DNA of 64,000 nucleotides. It comes from Heteronotia binoei (Eukaryota). The stretch spans positions 134,168,001 to 134,232,000 of the forward strand of contig NC_083225.1 in the NCBI RefSeq assembly GCF_032191835.1, in the 5' to 3' direction. This document shows positions 51,509-64,000 of the stretch, one piece after another. The notes under the pieces are model-generated. The model made no database searches. It saw only the letters and a program-made list of their open reading frames with translations, and was not told where the DNA came from. Position 1 is the stretch's first letter, and every line of letters starts with the position of its first letter. The position numbers were made by a program, and so were the translations under genes.

Positions 51509-52326
51509 TGAGGAAGCAACAGTGTGTGCAGCTCTCAGAGAAATAGTTCATGGTCTCCAGTTGAAGCACAGAGTAATTCCCTAGATTTCTAACAGGAGTT
51601 CAAAAGCTTAATTTTTTGGAAGGGATATGCTTTGTCTCTTAGAAGCAGATGTGACAAACTACATGGCTCTTTTAAAAATCCTGTGAGGGAGACCAAAGCA
51701 TGACTGCTAAGTCTTGATGTTTTCTGTTTTATCAAGTACATTTTTAAATTGCCCTTCATTCAAAGTGCTGCCCCGTCCCCCTCCATTTTATTATCACAAC
51801 AGCCCTGTGAGGTTAGTCTGCAAGTATGTGGATGCAATTGGCCCAGTGTCAACCAACAAGATTCATAACAGGATGGGTATTTGAACCTGGGTGTTCCCAA
51901 TCCTAATCCAATAGAATGATCTCCATGCCTTAATGCCCTTGTTTTCCTATATTTCTCATTCTAGCTTGATCTCTTTATTATTAATGGAAACAATTAAGGT
52001 CTTTTAAAAAGGAGCCAAAGTCAGCTGGGAGCCAAATATAAAGTATTTTGTTTCAAAAAGATGCCAGAAGCTAAAGTATTCTAAGTGTGGCTTTGTTAGA
52101 TTTTTTTTTAAGTAAAGAAAATGAATGTACAGTCTCTTGATATCACCGTGAGGATAAGAAATGCTGAAGGCTTAATGATCCAAAACGAACTCGGATACTT
52201 TTTCCAGAAGGCTTAATGATAACAAAGCTTGGCAAAGAAACTAGGCCTGAATTGGTTCCCAGGTCTTATGACTTTTCACCTCACTTTAAGAATCAATATG
52301 GATGATTTGAACCCAGGATTCTGGAA

Positions 52327-52405
52327 GGGGCTATGGCTCAGTGGTAGATCATCTGCTTGGCATGCAGAACATCCCAGGTTTAGTCCCCGGCTTTTCCAAT
52401 TAAAA
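52327..52405 (+). mobile_element. tRNA-like SINE head, not a tRNA gene
   Basis: A box tggctcagtgg, degenerate B box ggtttagtccc; continues as SINE body matching 47934-48121. Confidence 0.7.
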
Positions 52406-52775
52406 TTTAGGTTGAACTGTTCCAGAATAACTAATATGTTTATGGAATGTAGCTTGATAGCAACCACATTCCAGATGATAAGCAAGCTATGTTGTATGTG
52501 TGCAAAACTCATACAGCACTCCCTACCACATTTCCAGTATGATAATTGGTTAGTTTCAAAAATTTTATTTTAGCCAAAACTTTGGTCGTAGGATAAAAAA
52601 AAGTTTTGCTGGTTCCAGAAGACTCCTTAATGTGACTTCTTTCTTTACGCAGCAGACTTTACAGTAGTTTGGGAGCCAGCATGTGTAAAATCTGAAGAGT
52701 TTTTATTTCCTTCTCTAGTGAATTATGATCTTGTTTCTAATACAGGCATGAACTCTTTCTTTTCTCCTTGTTTAG

Positions 52776-52985
<210 letters not shown>

Positions 52986-53707
52986 TGAAGAGTGAGGAAC
53001 CAGTTTATATGATACAGTGGTGCAACTATTTATCATTCAAATGGCAGCAGTTTGCTGCAGATGAAGTAAGGGGTGAATTTGTTCAAAGGTTGTTTTTGAA
53101 GATTGAGTTCATTTTTGGTTTATTTTTGGAGGTACCTATAAAAGATTGCAGCTACTATTTCTGTTGTTGGACAAAGTAAGTCTTGTATTTTGTCTGGTGG
53201 AAGAAATTGTCTTTGCACTTTTTCATGGGAGTTTAATGGTTTAGAGTTAGACTTATCATGCAGGCAGTTATTTTACCCTTGTTCCAACTGCATCTACTTG
53301 ACCACTGTGATTATCTTCAGAGGCCCAGCTTCAGGCTCCCCTGCCATCTGAAGGTAGACTGGTGACAACCTGAGAAAGGACTTCCTTGATCATGGTACTA
53401 AAATCAGAGAATTCCATCCCCAAGAAGAGTAGGCCGTCTCCCTTGATCACTGTCTTCCACTTATATTTTGTCTGGAGTACTCCTACTGACTCTCCTCCTC
53501 CTTTGCTTTGAGTTGTCAGTTTATATGTACTGTTTTAAAAAGGTGATTTTTTCTTCTAATTGTTCATTGCCTTGAGGATCCTAATTGGGCAGAAAGGTGG
53601 CATAAGAAGGTTTTATATAAATATTTTCAAGGCTGACTGCAGTAACTTGTTCTTAATTGAGAAACATTCTGCACTGTTAAGTAATGTGTTTATATTTTCC
53701 CTTTTAG

Positions 53708-53796
53708 GAGGCAAGCTACCCAAAGTTGACAGCACAATCAGATTACAGTTTAAAGAGTACACTGTAATTACAGTGGAACCAGATCAAGATCCTTTG
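53708..53796 (+). CDS. RIOX2: RIOX2 exon (GKLPKVDSTIRLQFK...PDQDPL)
   Basis: cttttag|GA; TTG|gtgcgt; 89 bp. Confidence 0.92.
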
Positions 53797-54204
53797 GTGC
53801 GTATGCTGAGAATGCCTGTACTGAACAGATTTTCAGTAAAGCTTTCTGCTTTGTTACAGTGGCTTTGTGTTATTTTTAGACTACTTAGTTGTATCCCTCA
53901 GCACATGATTAGGATTTATGACATTGTAGTGACACACTTGCTGTGTTCTGAAAAGTGAAGGTGAAATGATATGAAAATATTTTTGGGGAGTTTAAAAACT
54001 AGACTTCAGGGTTTTGTTTTTTTTTAAAAAAAAATAACCAAATCTGACAGTAGCTGAGGAATTTATTGCATAATTTTATGCACTTGCTACCCACAGAAAG
54101 GATGAATGATAAGGCTCCTGCCTTCATCTTCTATGGGTATCAGAGGGTTAGGATTTGCTTCAACTGGTAACCCATCCATATACTCACTATGTCTTGATTC
54201 TTAG

Positions 54205-54306
54205 GATGATATACATAAAGAGATTTATATCTATCACTCCTTGAAGAACAAGAGAGAAATCCACATGATGGGGGATGAAGATATGAATGAAGAAAGAATA
54301 TCTCAG
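54205..54306 (+). CDS. RIOX2: RIOX2 exon (DDIHKEIYIYHSLKNKREIHMMG...RISQ)
   Basis: ttcttag|GAT; CAG|gtttgt; 102 bp. Confidence 0.92.
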
Positions 54307-54342
54307 GTTTGTCCTTCATAATGGCCTGTCTCATGCATATAG

Positions 54343-54570
<228 letters not shown>

Positions 54571-54840
54571 AGGTGTAAGATGGCCAGAGTTGTGCAGTTT
54601 GAGCTACTAGTCTGTTTCACTAAGTGACTTAAATTATGATGCAGCCAAAGTTAAAAATGTACAAACTCTGCCGGTACTGGAAGAACAAAACATTGCCTCT
54701 CAAGTTTGTGAAGGCTTTTTTCCCCACATAACATGAACAGAATTGATTATGTATTCTAAATACTCCCAGGCATTGTTTTGTATATTGATAAAATAACCCA
54801 TGAGAGCATGTACTGACATGTAACACATACTTCTAAAAAA

Positions 54841-54852
54841 ATTAAAAATAAA
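54841..54852 (+). terminator. RIOX2: Candidate RIOX2 polyadenylation signals (ATTAAA followed by AATAAA)
   Basis: attaaaaataaa about 270 nt after the stop, followed by a T/G-rich stretch; usage not demonstrable from sequence. Confidence 0.55.
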
Positions 54853-55489
54853 GAGGTCGCTTTTTGATTTCTTGAGATGTAGAATGAGAGCACCAGTAAG
54901 GATGTAAAACCTCTGAAGCCCAGTTGGGTGGGACTTACCCTAGCGTTTGTGGTGAACACAAAGACTGCCACTACCATACTAAAAGAGTTAGACGTTTATT
55001 TCCTCAAGTGAACTAATAGTAGATAGTGCTATGGGCTACAAAGTAAAAAGTATCCAGAACTTTGAGTGTATGTAATGCCACCTCATCTTAAGAGAAATAG
55101 CAAACTGAGCATATTTTGCTATTTTAGCTCTCAACTTTATAGTAAACCTCTTCTCCCAATCAGTGGTGAATTCTCTGATTGGTTCTCTGTTTTTCGCAAA
55201 ATTTAGAGGGTAATAGTTGATAAGCTGCATTTGCTCTAGAAAGTGTTTCTTATAGTGAACACTAGTAATAAGGTCCATTGCGGGGAGAAATACAACGGGC
55301 ACTAGAAATTTGCTATGGTGAGTTTCATGGCCTTGGCAGGGGGCTGAAAAGGGAGGCAAGGTATGTCAAGAAGGCAGCGGTTGGGAAGGGAAATGGAGAA
55401 AGTGGGGAAATGTAGGGTAGGTTATCAGATAAGGGGGTATTTTCTGAAAGAAGGGATGGGGGTAAAAGAGATGGTGTAAATTGCTTTTC

Positions 55490-56270
55490 ATCTCCTCCCC
55501 CCTCCCAGCAACCTCTATCTAGGAAAACTGCAGTCTTTCTTCACAGTGGGGACCAAAGCAACTTACATAATTCTCCTCTTCCCCCTTTTGATCAGCACAA
55601 CAACCCTGTGAAGCAGGTTAGGCTGAAAGTCTGTGACTGTTCCAAAATCACCCAGTAAGCTTCCAGAGCAAGAAGCTGAGTCTGGCAGACCTTGCTTTGA
55701 AGTGCCAACTGCCACGTCACACTGGCTGTCAGGGTATAGTGACTCAGTGTACCATTTTCTCCAGGGGAACTGATCTCTGCCCATCTGGGGAGCAGTTGTA
55801 GTTCTGAGTGAACTCCAGACTTCACCTGGAAATTGGCAACAATTGTTCCACAGAAGGAATTGGCTGGTTTGGAGGTGGGGTGTATGGCATTGCACCTTTC
55901 TTGAGTTCCCATTCTTCCTCAAACCTCACCCTCTCCAGGCTCCACCCCCACCCCCAAATCTCCCAAGAATTTCCCAACCTGGAGTTGGTAACCCTCTCTT
56001 CTTGCCAGCCAACCATCAACCTACCTTTATCTGACGCCTGACTTCAGCTTTCCATCTTCCCCCCGCCCAGTCTTTCTCCACAGTGGGGACCAAAGCAGCT
56101 AACATCATTTTCCTCTCCCCCTTTTGATCCACACAACCCTGTGGGGTAGATTAGGCTGAAAGTCTGTGATTGGTCTGAAATCCCCCAGTCAGCTTCTACA
56201 GTAGGAACCTGAATCGGGCAGACCCTGTGATCCCTGTCCTGAAGTGCTGACTGTCACATCACAGTGGTTA
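55490..56270. mobile_element. Tandem SINE-MITE-SINE composite
   Basis: Two acaaccctgtg..ttaggctgaaagtctgtga SINE bodies flanking a ...ggagttggtaaccct MITE. Confidence 0.7.
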
Positions 56271-56789
56271 TCAAAGTTATTGTGGGCTGAAACCATATGT
56301 AATACTTCCACTTAAATGTACTTTAAATATGATCATATTAAGAGATGAACTGGGCTCTGTTTCTTACATTTACTGAATAACTGCAGCACCATCCCCTTCA
56401 ATGATACATCAGTGAAGTAATTTTAAACATTTTAAAATCATACCAGAAATGTATTATTTCCTTGAGGATCTAATGGAACACCATTTACAAATCTTTACTA
56501 TGTCACTGAATCTTTCCTCTGTGTCTTATACCTTTAAGAAAGAGATATCCAAGATACAGCTGCATGGAGTTACCTAGATTAGTTTTCTTTAAGTAGAGTT
56601 AGTTTTCAAGCTTATTGGAGAGCATTTTGCCAGTAACATTCAGAAGGCTTTTACATCTAGTTAGATAAGAGGTTCAGAAATAGCTGAGAGCATTAGGCCA
56701 GTCAAATCCAGAAGGCTTTTACATCTGGTTAGGGAAGAGGAAATATAGGTTAGGGAAATATAAACACTTAAGTGAGATTGAGAGGTAAA

Positions 56790-58570
56790 TTTTTTATAAT
56801 AATCAAGAATATATTTTTTAAAAATTATTCCTTTAAAAAATGTAAAGGTTATTATAAACTGAATATGTCTATGCTGGGTAGGATCTCTGCAATCAAAATG
56901 AATGTTCTACCAAGGATTATGTTTCTTTTCAAACAATTCCAATAGTGAAAGATAACAAACAATTTAATCATTGGCAAAAAAAGATTTCAGAATTTGTATG
57001 GGCGAGTAAAAAGCCAAGAATTAAAATGAAAATTCTGACGGATGCGAAAGAAAGGGGTGGTTTCCAGTTGCCTGATATTAAGTTATATCATGATGCAGTT
57101 TGTTTGGTATGGATTAAGGATTGGATAACTTTGCTTAACAGGAAATTATTGGTTTTAGAAGGCAAGGGAATGTTTTGGTTGGCATGCTTATATGTATTAT
57201 GGGAAGGAGAAGATGGATGGATTTTTCTCACATCATTACATAAGAAGAAATCTGTTGAATAATTGGAAAAAATATAACAAATATGGTGATGAGAGAAAGC
57301 CGTTATGGATTGTACCAATAGAAGTTATAAAGTTGTTTTCAGATCCACAGGAAGGTAAATGGCTATCATATAAAGAACTGCGAAAAATACAGGGAGACAA
57401 GGTGGAACAAAAACCGGTGGAAGAATTGCAGGACAAACTTAATTGGTATCAACTGCAACAAATTAAAAGCTTGGTGGAGCAAGATATTAGAAATACAGGA
57501 ATAAGACAAGAGCAAACAGAATTGGAAAAAGTGCTGTTGGGCAAAAATGAAAAATTGATTTCAAAAGTTTATATGTTACTATTAAAATGGTCTACAGAAG
57601 ATGAAGTAGTGAAACCTCAAATGATAAAATGGGCAATAAATATGAACAAAATACAAATGGAGACATGGGAACACCTATGGAAGATAAATATAAAAATATC
57701 GACGTGTTATAATATAAAAGAGAATTGTTTCAAAATGTTATATAGACGGTATATGACACCTAAGAAATTAGCAAAAACGAATGATCAAATATCAGATAGG
57801 TGTTGGAAGTGTAAAAAAACATGAAGGTTCTTTCTACCATACGTGGTGGACTTGCGACAAAGTGAAACAGTTTTGGCAAATGATTCAACAAGAGACCTCG
57901 AAAATGTTGGGTTATGACATCAAGAGAGCACCAGATATCTTTCTGGTGGGATTACAAATGGAAAGTTTTCCGAAACAAGAAATGACATTGTTGTGGTACT
58001 TGCTTTCAGCTGCAAGTACATTATATGCGCAAATGTGGAAGCAAGATAAAATACCAGAGAAATGGGACTGGATCTTAAAAGTGTTACACTGGAGTGAAAT
58101 GGATAAACTGACTAGAATCTTAAAAGACTGTAACTCAGAAAAATTCAAGGATGATTGGAAGAAATTTCAAGAATTTGTTGAAAAACAATGGAAAGTCAAG
58201 ATACAGTGGTTTTTGATAATATTTTCTGAACTTTTAAGGGGAAGATAAAGATGTAAAAATGGATTTTTGATTTGACCTGCAATTTAGTAGAGGGTTAGAT
58301 TATGAGATAAATTGAGGGTTAACTTTAATTATAATTAATACATAATCTTGGTTTATTTTGTATTAAGGTAAATTGGAAGTGAAGATTCTATAAGTGTGAA
58401 TTTTACCTTTTTTTCTTTTTAATTGTTAGACACCGGCGGAGGTCAAGAAAGAGAGGGGTGGGGGGGAGGAGGAAACTTTGTAATGTATTGGTTAATATTT
58501 TGAAATTTATGGTTGATTAATATTTTTCAATATGTTGCAAAAATAATAAAATTTATTTAACACGAAAAAT
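56790..58570 (+). mobile_element. 5'-truncated L1-clade LINE (ORF2 C-terminus plus 3' UTR), frameshifted
   Basis: GRISAIKMNVLP, GGFQLPDIKLYH, zinc knuckle CWKCKKHEGSFYHTWWTC across ORFs 56945, 57192 and 57781; G-rich 3' UTR; AATAAA near 58545. Confidence 0.88.
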
Positions 58571-60269
58571 TTAAAGGTTATCTACTTCCATCCAGCTTTG
58601 TGTTGTAGCTTGCTGTAATCACCATGGTTTATTCCAGGATGAGAAATTCTGAAGAATATAAAGAGGTTGCAGAGAGCATTTTGTCAGTCAAATTCAGAAG
58701 GCTTTTGCATCTGTTTAAAGAAGATGTTAATGCCTGGCTGGCTCCCAATATTAACACTGAATTGTAATAAGAAGCTGATATCTTCGAAGAAAATAAAAAT
58801 ACTCTTGAGAAAGTTTTTTGACGAAATGAGCCTACATCCAGGTGCTCATTGGATGGACTTTTCTTTGCTGTCTTGTAAAGTTGAACTTCTTTATAATGTG
58901 TTTAAAAGGAGTTATATGACTTCTTAAAAATGTTTTACTAAATATACTGTTAGCCAGTGTTTTGGGTTTTTTTGTATTTTCTGAACAGGAGCAAGCAGCC
59001 AGGCCTAGTTAAGTCATACCAGTCTGGTGGCATCAGAATAGGCCTGGAAAGGGCCTCCTCCCCCCACCTTTTACTGATTGTAGGGTTGCCAGGACCAACT
59101 CAGAAGATACCTGGGAACTTTGGGAGTGGAGCCTGGAGACTTTTCCATTCTTCCCCCTCCAAAATAAAAACGCAACATTGCTGTTCCCCTGAATACAGTC
59201 ATTTCCTTTGCCTCCAGCAGCTGACTGCACTGCACTAAATTAAAGTGAACACACACACACACTCACAAAGCAGCCAAATAAACACAGTTTACAACACACA
59301 CTTGTGATCTCACTGAGGCAATTACTCACTGGAGCAATTTATTCATTGGAACCATCTACTGTATTTCAACCAACCTTTTAAGACTAACAGGAAAATGAAA
59401 GCAGAGCAGCTTTAAACAGAGGGACTCTGTTCATTTCTCTTCCTTTTATACACTCACCAGGAAGATCCAGGAACCCTCAGCCAATGGGAGAAGGCTTTCG
59501 GTGGCTGTTTCCCTTCTCCCACCCTCAGCTAATGGAACGCAACAGATCTTGATTGATGGTTTCATGAGCCAAAGGTTGATGCAGTACAGTCCCAACCAAT
59601 CAGGGTGTTCCATTTTGCCACCATGAAAATAATGATAGGATTAATTTGGGGGCATACCTTAAAATATCATCATGCTATGCTACACTAGATGTGAGTTAAT
59701 ATTCCAACTGTAAGAGTGATACCAAAGTCACCAAAAGATCCTTATAGCATGATAGAATGAGAATCCTCCAATAATGCAAAAATAAGAACCATTTTGTGTA
59801 AGCCCTCCCTCCCAACAGGTACCACCTGCAGTGGGGGAATAGTGCCCTCTCCAGGGTATGCCACTGGTAAGTTGCTAAAATATGAAGCCTCCATATGGGT
59901 TTCTTATATACTATATTGTTGCTGTTTCCCTTTATCCACAATACCTATTGTGGTAGGGAAAACTATGCAATTAGGTATATTGACTATAGTCTCAGCAGGT
60001 TATCTGCCACCTGTTTGCATCACCATTGCGGTTTAAGCATTAGGTGTTTGTTAATTGGGCGCAGAGTAATAATACATTGTAAGAGACATGAACAAGTGCA
60101 CAGAAGCAACTCATAACTACAGATTTTTAAACTTCCATTGGAAAGAGCCTTGGAAGCTCCCAGTCATGAAGTGGTGGTTTGTACAAAAATTAAAGCTTTT
60201 CAGAGCAGGTCTAAAGTGCTTAAGTTTCCTCTGCTTGTTTTCCCCAAGCAAACTAAATTGTCCTTTAAG

Positions 60270-61460
60270 AACATAAGAGAAGCCATGTTGGATCAGGCTA
60301 ATTGCCCATCCAGTCCAACAATCTGTGTCACACAGTGGCCAAAAAAACCCAAACTCAAGTGCCATCAGCATGTTCACAAGTGGGGCTAGAAGTCCTTCCA
60401 CTTTGCTTCCCCCCCGAGCACCAAGAATACAGAGCATCACTGCCCCAGACAGTTCCAACAATATGCTGTGGCTAACAGTCACTGATGGACCTCTGTTCCA
60501 TATTTTTATCCAATCCCCTCTTGAAGCTTGCTATGCTTGTAGCCACCACCATCTCCTGTGGCAGTGAATTCCACATGTTAATCACCCTTTGGGTGAAGGA
60601 GTACTTCCTTTTATCCGCACTAAACCGACTGCTCAGTAATTTCATTGAATACCCATGAGTTCTTGTATTGTGAGAAAGGGAGAAAAGTACTTCTTTCTCT
60701 ACTTTCTCTATCCCATGCATAATCTTGTAAACCTCTATCATGTCACCCCGCAGTCAACATTTTTCCAAGCTAAAGAGCCCCAAGCGTTTTAACCTTTCTT
60801 CATAGAAAGGGTTCCAACCCTTTAATTATTCTAGTTGCCCTTTTCTGGACTTTTCCCAATGCTATAATATCCTTTTCGAGGTGCGGTGACCAGAATTTTA
60901 CACAGTATTCCAAATGTGACCGCACCATTGATTTATACAGGGGCATTATGATACTGGCTGATTTGTTATCAATTCCCTTCCTAATAATTCCCAGCATGGC
61001 GTTGGCCTTTTTTATAGCAATCGCACACTGCCTTGACATTTTCAGTGAGTTATCTACCAGGACTGCAAGATCTCTCTCTTGGTCTGTCTCTGCCAGTTCA
61101 CACCCCATCAACTTGTATTTATAGCTAGGATTTTTGGCTCCAATGTGCATTTCTTTGCACTTGGCCACATTGAACCTCATCTGCCACGTTGACGCCCACT
61201 CACCCAGCATTGACAGATCCCTCTGGAGTGCCCCACAATCCTATTGGTTCTCACCACCCTGAACAATTTAGTGTCATCTGCAAACTTGGCCACTTCACTG
61301 CTTACTCCCAACTCCAGTTCATTAATGAACAAGTTAAAGAGCATGGGACCCAGTACTGAGCCCTGCGACACCCCATTGCTTACCGTCTTCCACTGCGAAG
61401 ATTGCCCATTTATACTCACTGTTTCCTATTAATTAACCAGTTTTTGACCCACAAGAGGAC
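60270..61460 (-). mobile_element. 5'-truncated CR1, frameshifted
   Basis: ORFs 61177-61419 (FADD), 60800-61210 and 60472-60741; probable TSD ttgtcctttaag / ttgtccttttag. Confidence 0.93.
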
Positions 61461-64000
61461 TTGTCCTTTTAGGTGGAAAATAATACCATTAATGCAGGGG
61501 GAAGAATCAGCAGCATGTAATTCTCCACCAAGAGCAAGGGTGTATGTGCATACTTCTGTTTTGATCAAGAGCAAAATGAGATAAACTGCTGCTGCATCTT
61601 TAAAAGGACTGATCAGAAGTAATCAGCAGCACTGGAGAACTACTTTTAATTGCTAGATCCAGGTGGGCAGCTGTGCATTTTAACTGCATGAGGAGTGACC
61701 GATCATTTCTGCCCACCCATGACCTAGACCTACCTTATGCGTTCAGAAGGATTACGACAGTCTTTGTGATATTTTCGCTTTGGAATTCAGGAGGGCAAGT
61801 TGCGTTTTCGAACCTTCTAACCAATGTACTGTCTTTCCTATGATAGGGCTTCTAAAAAACAGGACCACATGGTGTTCTTTTTCTGCATAAGTAGCTCACA
61901 TTTATAGCAGCACTCTATGACTAAGTCGGTGGAGGACCATAGTGATTTTAGTATTCACTGTATAAATCAAAGGCAGCTGCATAGCTTGTTCAGGGAGGAG
62001 GCATCATTATATAAATAAAACGCAAATACTGACAATGCATTTTAAAGTGTTTTAATCCAGTGGTACAGAGATGCATCCTCTATCGACACCATATATAAGG
62101 TCACTTTTTAGACAAAATGCAAAAGATTGGAACATCAGTTACCAGTTACTAAAAAATTATTGCTTTTTGAGACAGTACAAAATGAACAATGTAGACCGAT
62201 CTTCCCTGCAGCATTCTATACAATGTAATATACATTCACAATTTTTCATTAAACTCCTGAGAGTATGATCCAGATCCACTGTCCAATCCCCCCTTCTATC
62301 GTTCTTCTATTACTGGTGCTGTAGGTCAGAAGTAATTTGTACTGTGTGTAGGGGTGGTAATGGCTAGGTAGGCCTCCACACAACAGCTCTAAGCACCGCC
62401 TCTGAATGCAGGATCTCTGGACATGGAACTGGATCAGACTTCCAAGACATAACACTGATAGACAAGTTGAGGTTTATGGGATATTGCATAGCCTTGAAAC
62501 CACGAAGTTTTAAAAATTGTTTTATTGTGTTTGATATCTAATAGACAGATTTTTCTGGCTATTGCTAAGTGCTTTGGATGAAAATATATTTAAAGGAGAG
62601 TATAAATGGAAATTGATCAGTTTTTTTCCCCTTTACAATCTAAAGTGCAATCGGCATATTCCACATACCTATACAGCAGTGCACTTTCATGTAGCTCTAG
62701 TAAACCAAGCTTGTACCTAGGGACTGGAAACAACGCAGATCACTCAAACCAATGAATGCTGCTGTTACAGGTGGATACTAATATAGTCTGTGGTCAGAAA
62801 CCAAAATCCTGAGGTATCCCTGCCTTAAGTAAAGAGCTGTTGTACCTGTTCCAGTTTGTTGCCAACTGCAGTAGGAGATGATACATAGCCTGGGAGGCTG
62901 TGCTTCCATGTGTCTGGGATTGGACTGGCTGGGGCTACAGCTGAAGTGTAGAACCAGCTCTTAGGTAGATTTTCTGAATATATTAAGATTACAATCACTA
63001 GATATAAAAATAGAGTTTGTCCAAGTTTCTGTTGGTGGTAACCTTGCAGCTTTCTCATCTTTTCCATAGCAGTTTAGTTTTTAATGATCAGAAGTGAAAG
63101 AAAAAAACTGATTTTTTTGTTTTAGTTAATTGATTTTGATTTTATTTACTTACAAGGTTATATTTAAGACATACTTAAGCCACTACTGGGTTCCACCCCC
63201 CTCAGCACAGGAGACAACAGCTCCAGCTTGGGCAGTTATCAGATCCAGTACCCATATGTATATAATTGCCAGCTGGATATGCTCTCATGCAATCCAACAG
63301 CTAAGCATGAGCATGAAGCCCCCTACCTTTAAGAAAAAAGTGCCACTGCTCCTTTCTCTTGCTGAACAGCATAAATGTTTTTAAAGGGATTTTGTGTGTT
63401 TTGATTTGGAGTGGAAAGAACATCTGCCAGCACACACCTTTCTGTTACAGTGATAGCATCACCCTGTGAACTGGCATTTTAAACCACAACTTAACATTCA
63501 AGTTGAGTAACACAATGCTTATCGTGGATCAGATTTTAAAGATGGAGAAAATTGGGTATTAAGAGACTCAAGTCTGAACTTATGCTGGAATTCTCAAGAA
63601 ATTCTTTTAAATATTCAGTTTTCTTACAAAATGATGTGATCTCTAGTAGGTAATAGCTCCCTTCTGAAATCAGACTAAAAGTGCTTTTATGTTAGGCTGG
63701 ATTTTGCCCAATGCACATAGATTCTTTGCCCCTCATTTTTATAAAATGAACCATTAAATTAGCTACTGACAGCAATTTGAGATGATCAAGGAATACAGTG
63801 ACAGCTGCAGTTACCACAAGAATATAAGAGGAACAAAACACCCATTGGACAGGATATTTGTGATGGGATTGCAAGACAGAATCATTTTCACTGAAAGGTG
63901 AGCTGAATCTGCTTAATTGGATCAGAGCAATTTGATACCAGATATTAACATTCCCTCTCCCTGCTTGGTAATGAATTTTTTTCCCAAGGGTGCATACAGC

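Noticed and set aside
52327-52405. tRNA gene
   Set aside because: Degenerate B box and poor stems; continues into a SINE body matching 47934-48121.
53797-53806. Alternative RIOX2 donor gtatgc at 53801
   Set aside because: It would shift the frame by 4 nt; the 53797 donor keeps the conserved frame.
62236-62318. Possible minus-strand terminal exon after ctgacctacag
   Set aside because: Read base by base, two frames stop within 8 codons and the third gives an unrecognised TSNRRTIEGGIGQWIWIILSGV*; no support.

Overview
Vertebrate genomic DNA. The SINE/LINE/MITE complement looks like a squamate, probably a gecko (inference). Two intact multi-exon genes lie head-to-tail on the + strand. The first is the GABA-A rho3 receptor subunit GABRR3: 8 coding exons at 2571-32396, with the first coding exon and promoter upstream of the window. 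The second is the JmjC ribosomal oxygenase RIOX2/MINA53: 9 coding exons at 42302-54570, 467 aa, with a CpG-island promoter at about 37.7-38.5 kb. I reconstructed all exons by hand; splice sites are GT-AG and phases are consistent. The rest is introns and intergenic DNA dense in repeats: a ~3.3 kb decayed L2 LINE, several CR1 3' fragments, an L1 3' fragment, a solo LTR with a perfect 5-bp TSD, Sauria-type, 5S-derived and tRNA-derived SINEs, and many hAT MITEs (several with 8-bp TSDs). There are two assembly gaps. I see no prokaryote-type system (no CRISPR array, operon, rRNA or true tRNA gene) and no clearly novel protein-coding system. The best leads are hypotheses about GABRR3 splicing and repeat architecture. 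One is a strong L2-borne splice acceptor in frame with the L2 endonuclease. Another is a candidate exon just before the M1 exon with a stop codon overlapping AATAAA. Others include a young antisense solo LTR, a 96-bp AT-rich palindrome, a recurring SINE-MITE chimera and an OposCharlie1-like MITE.
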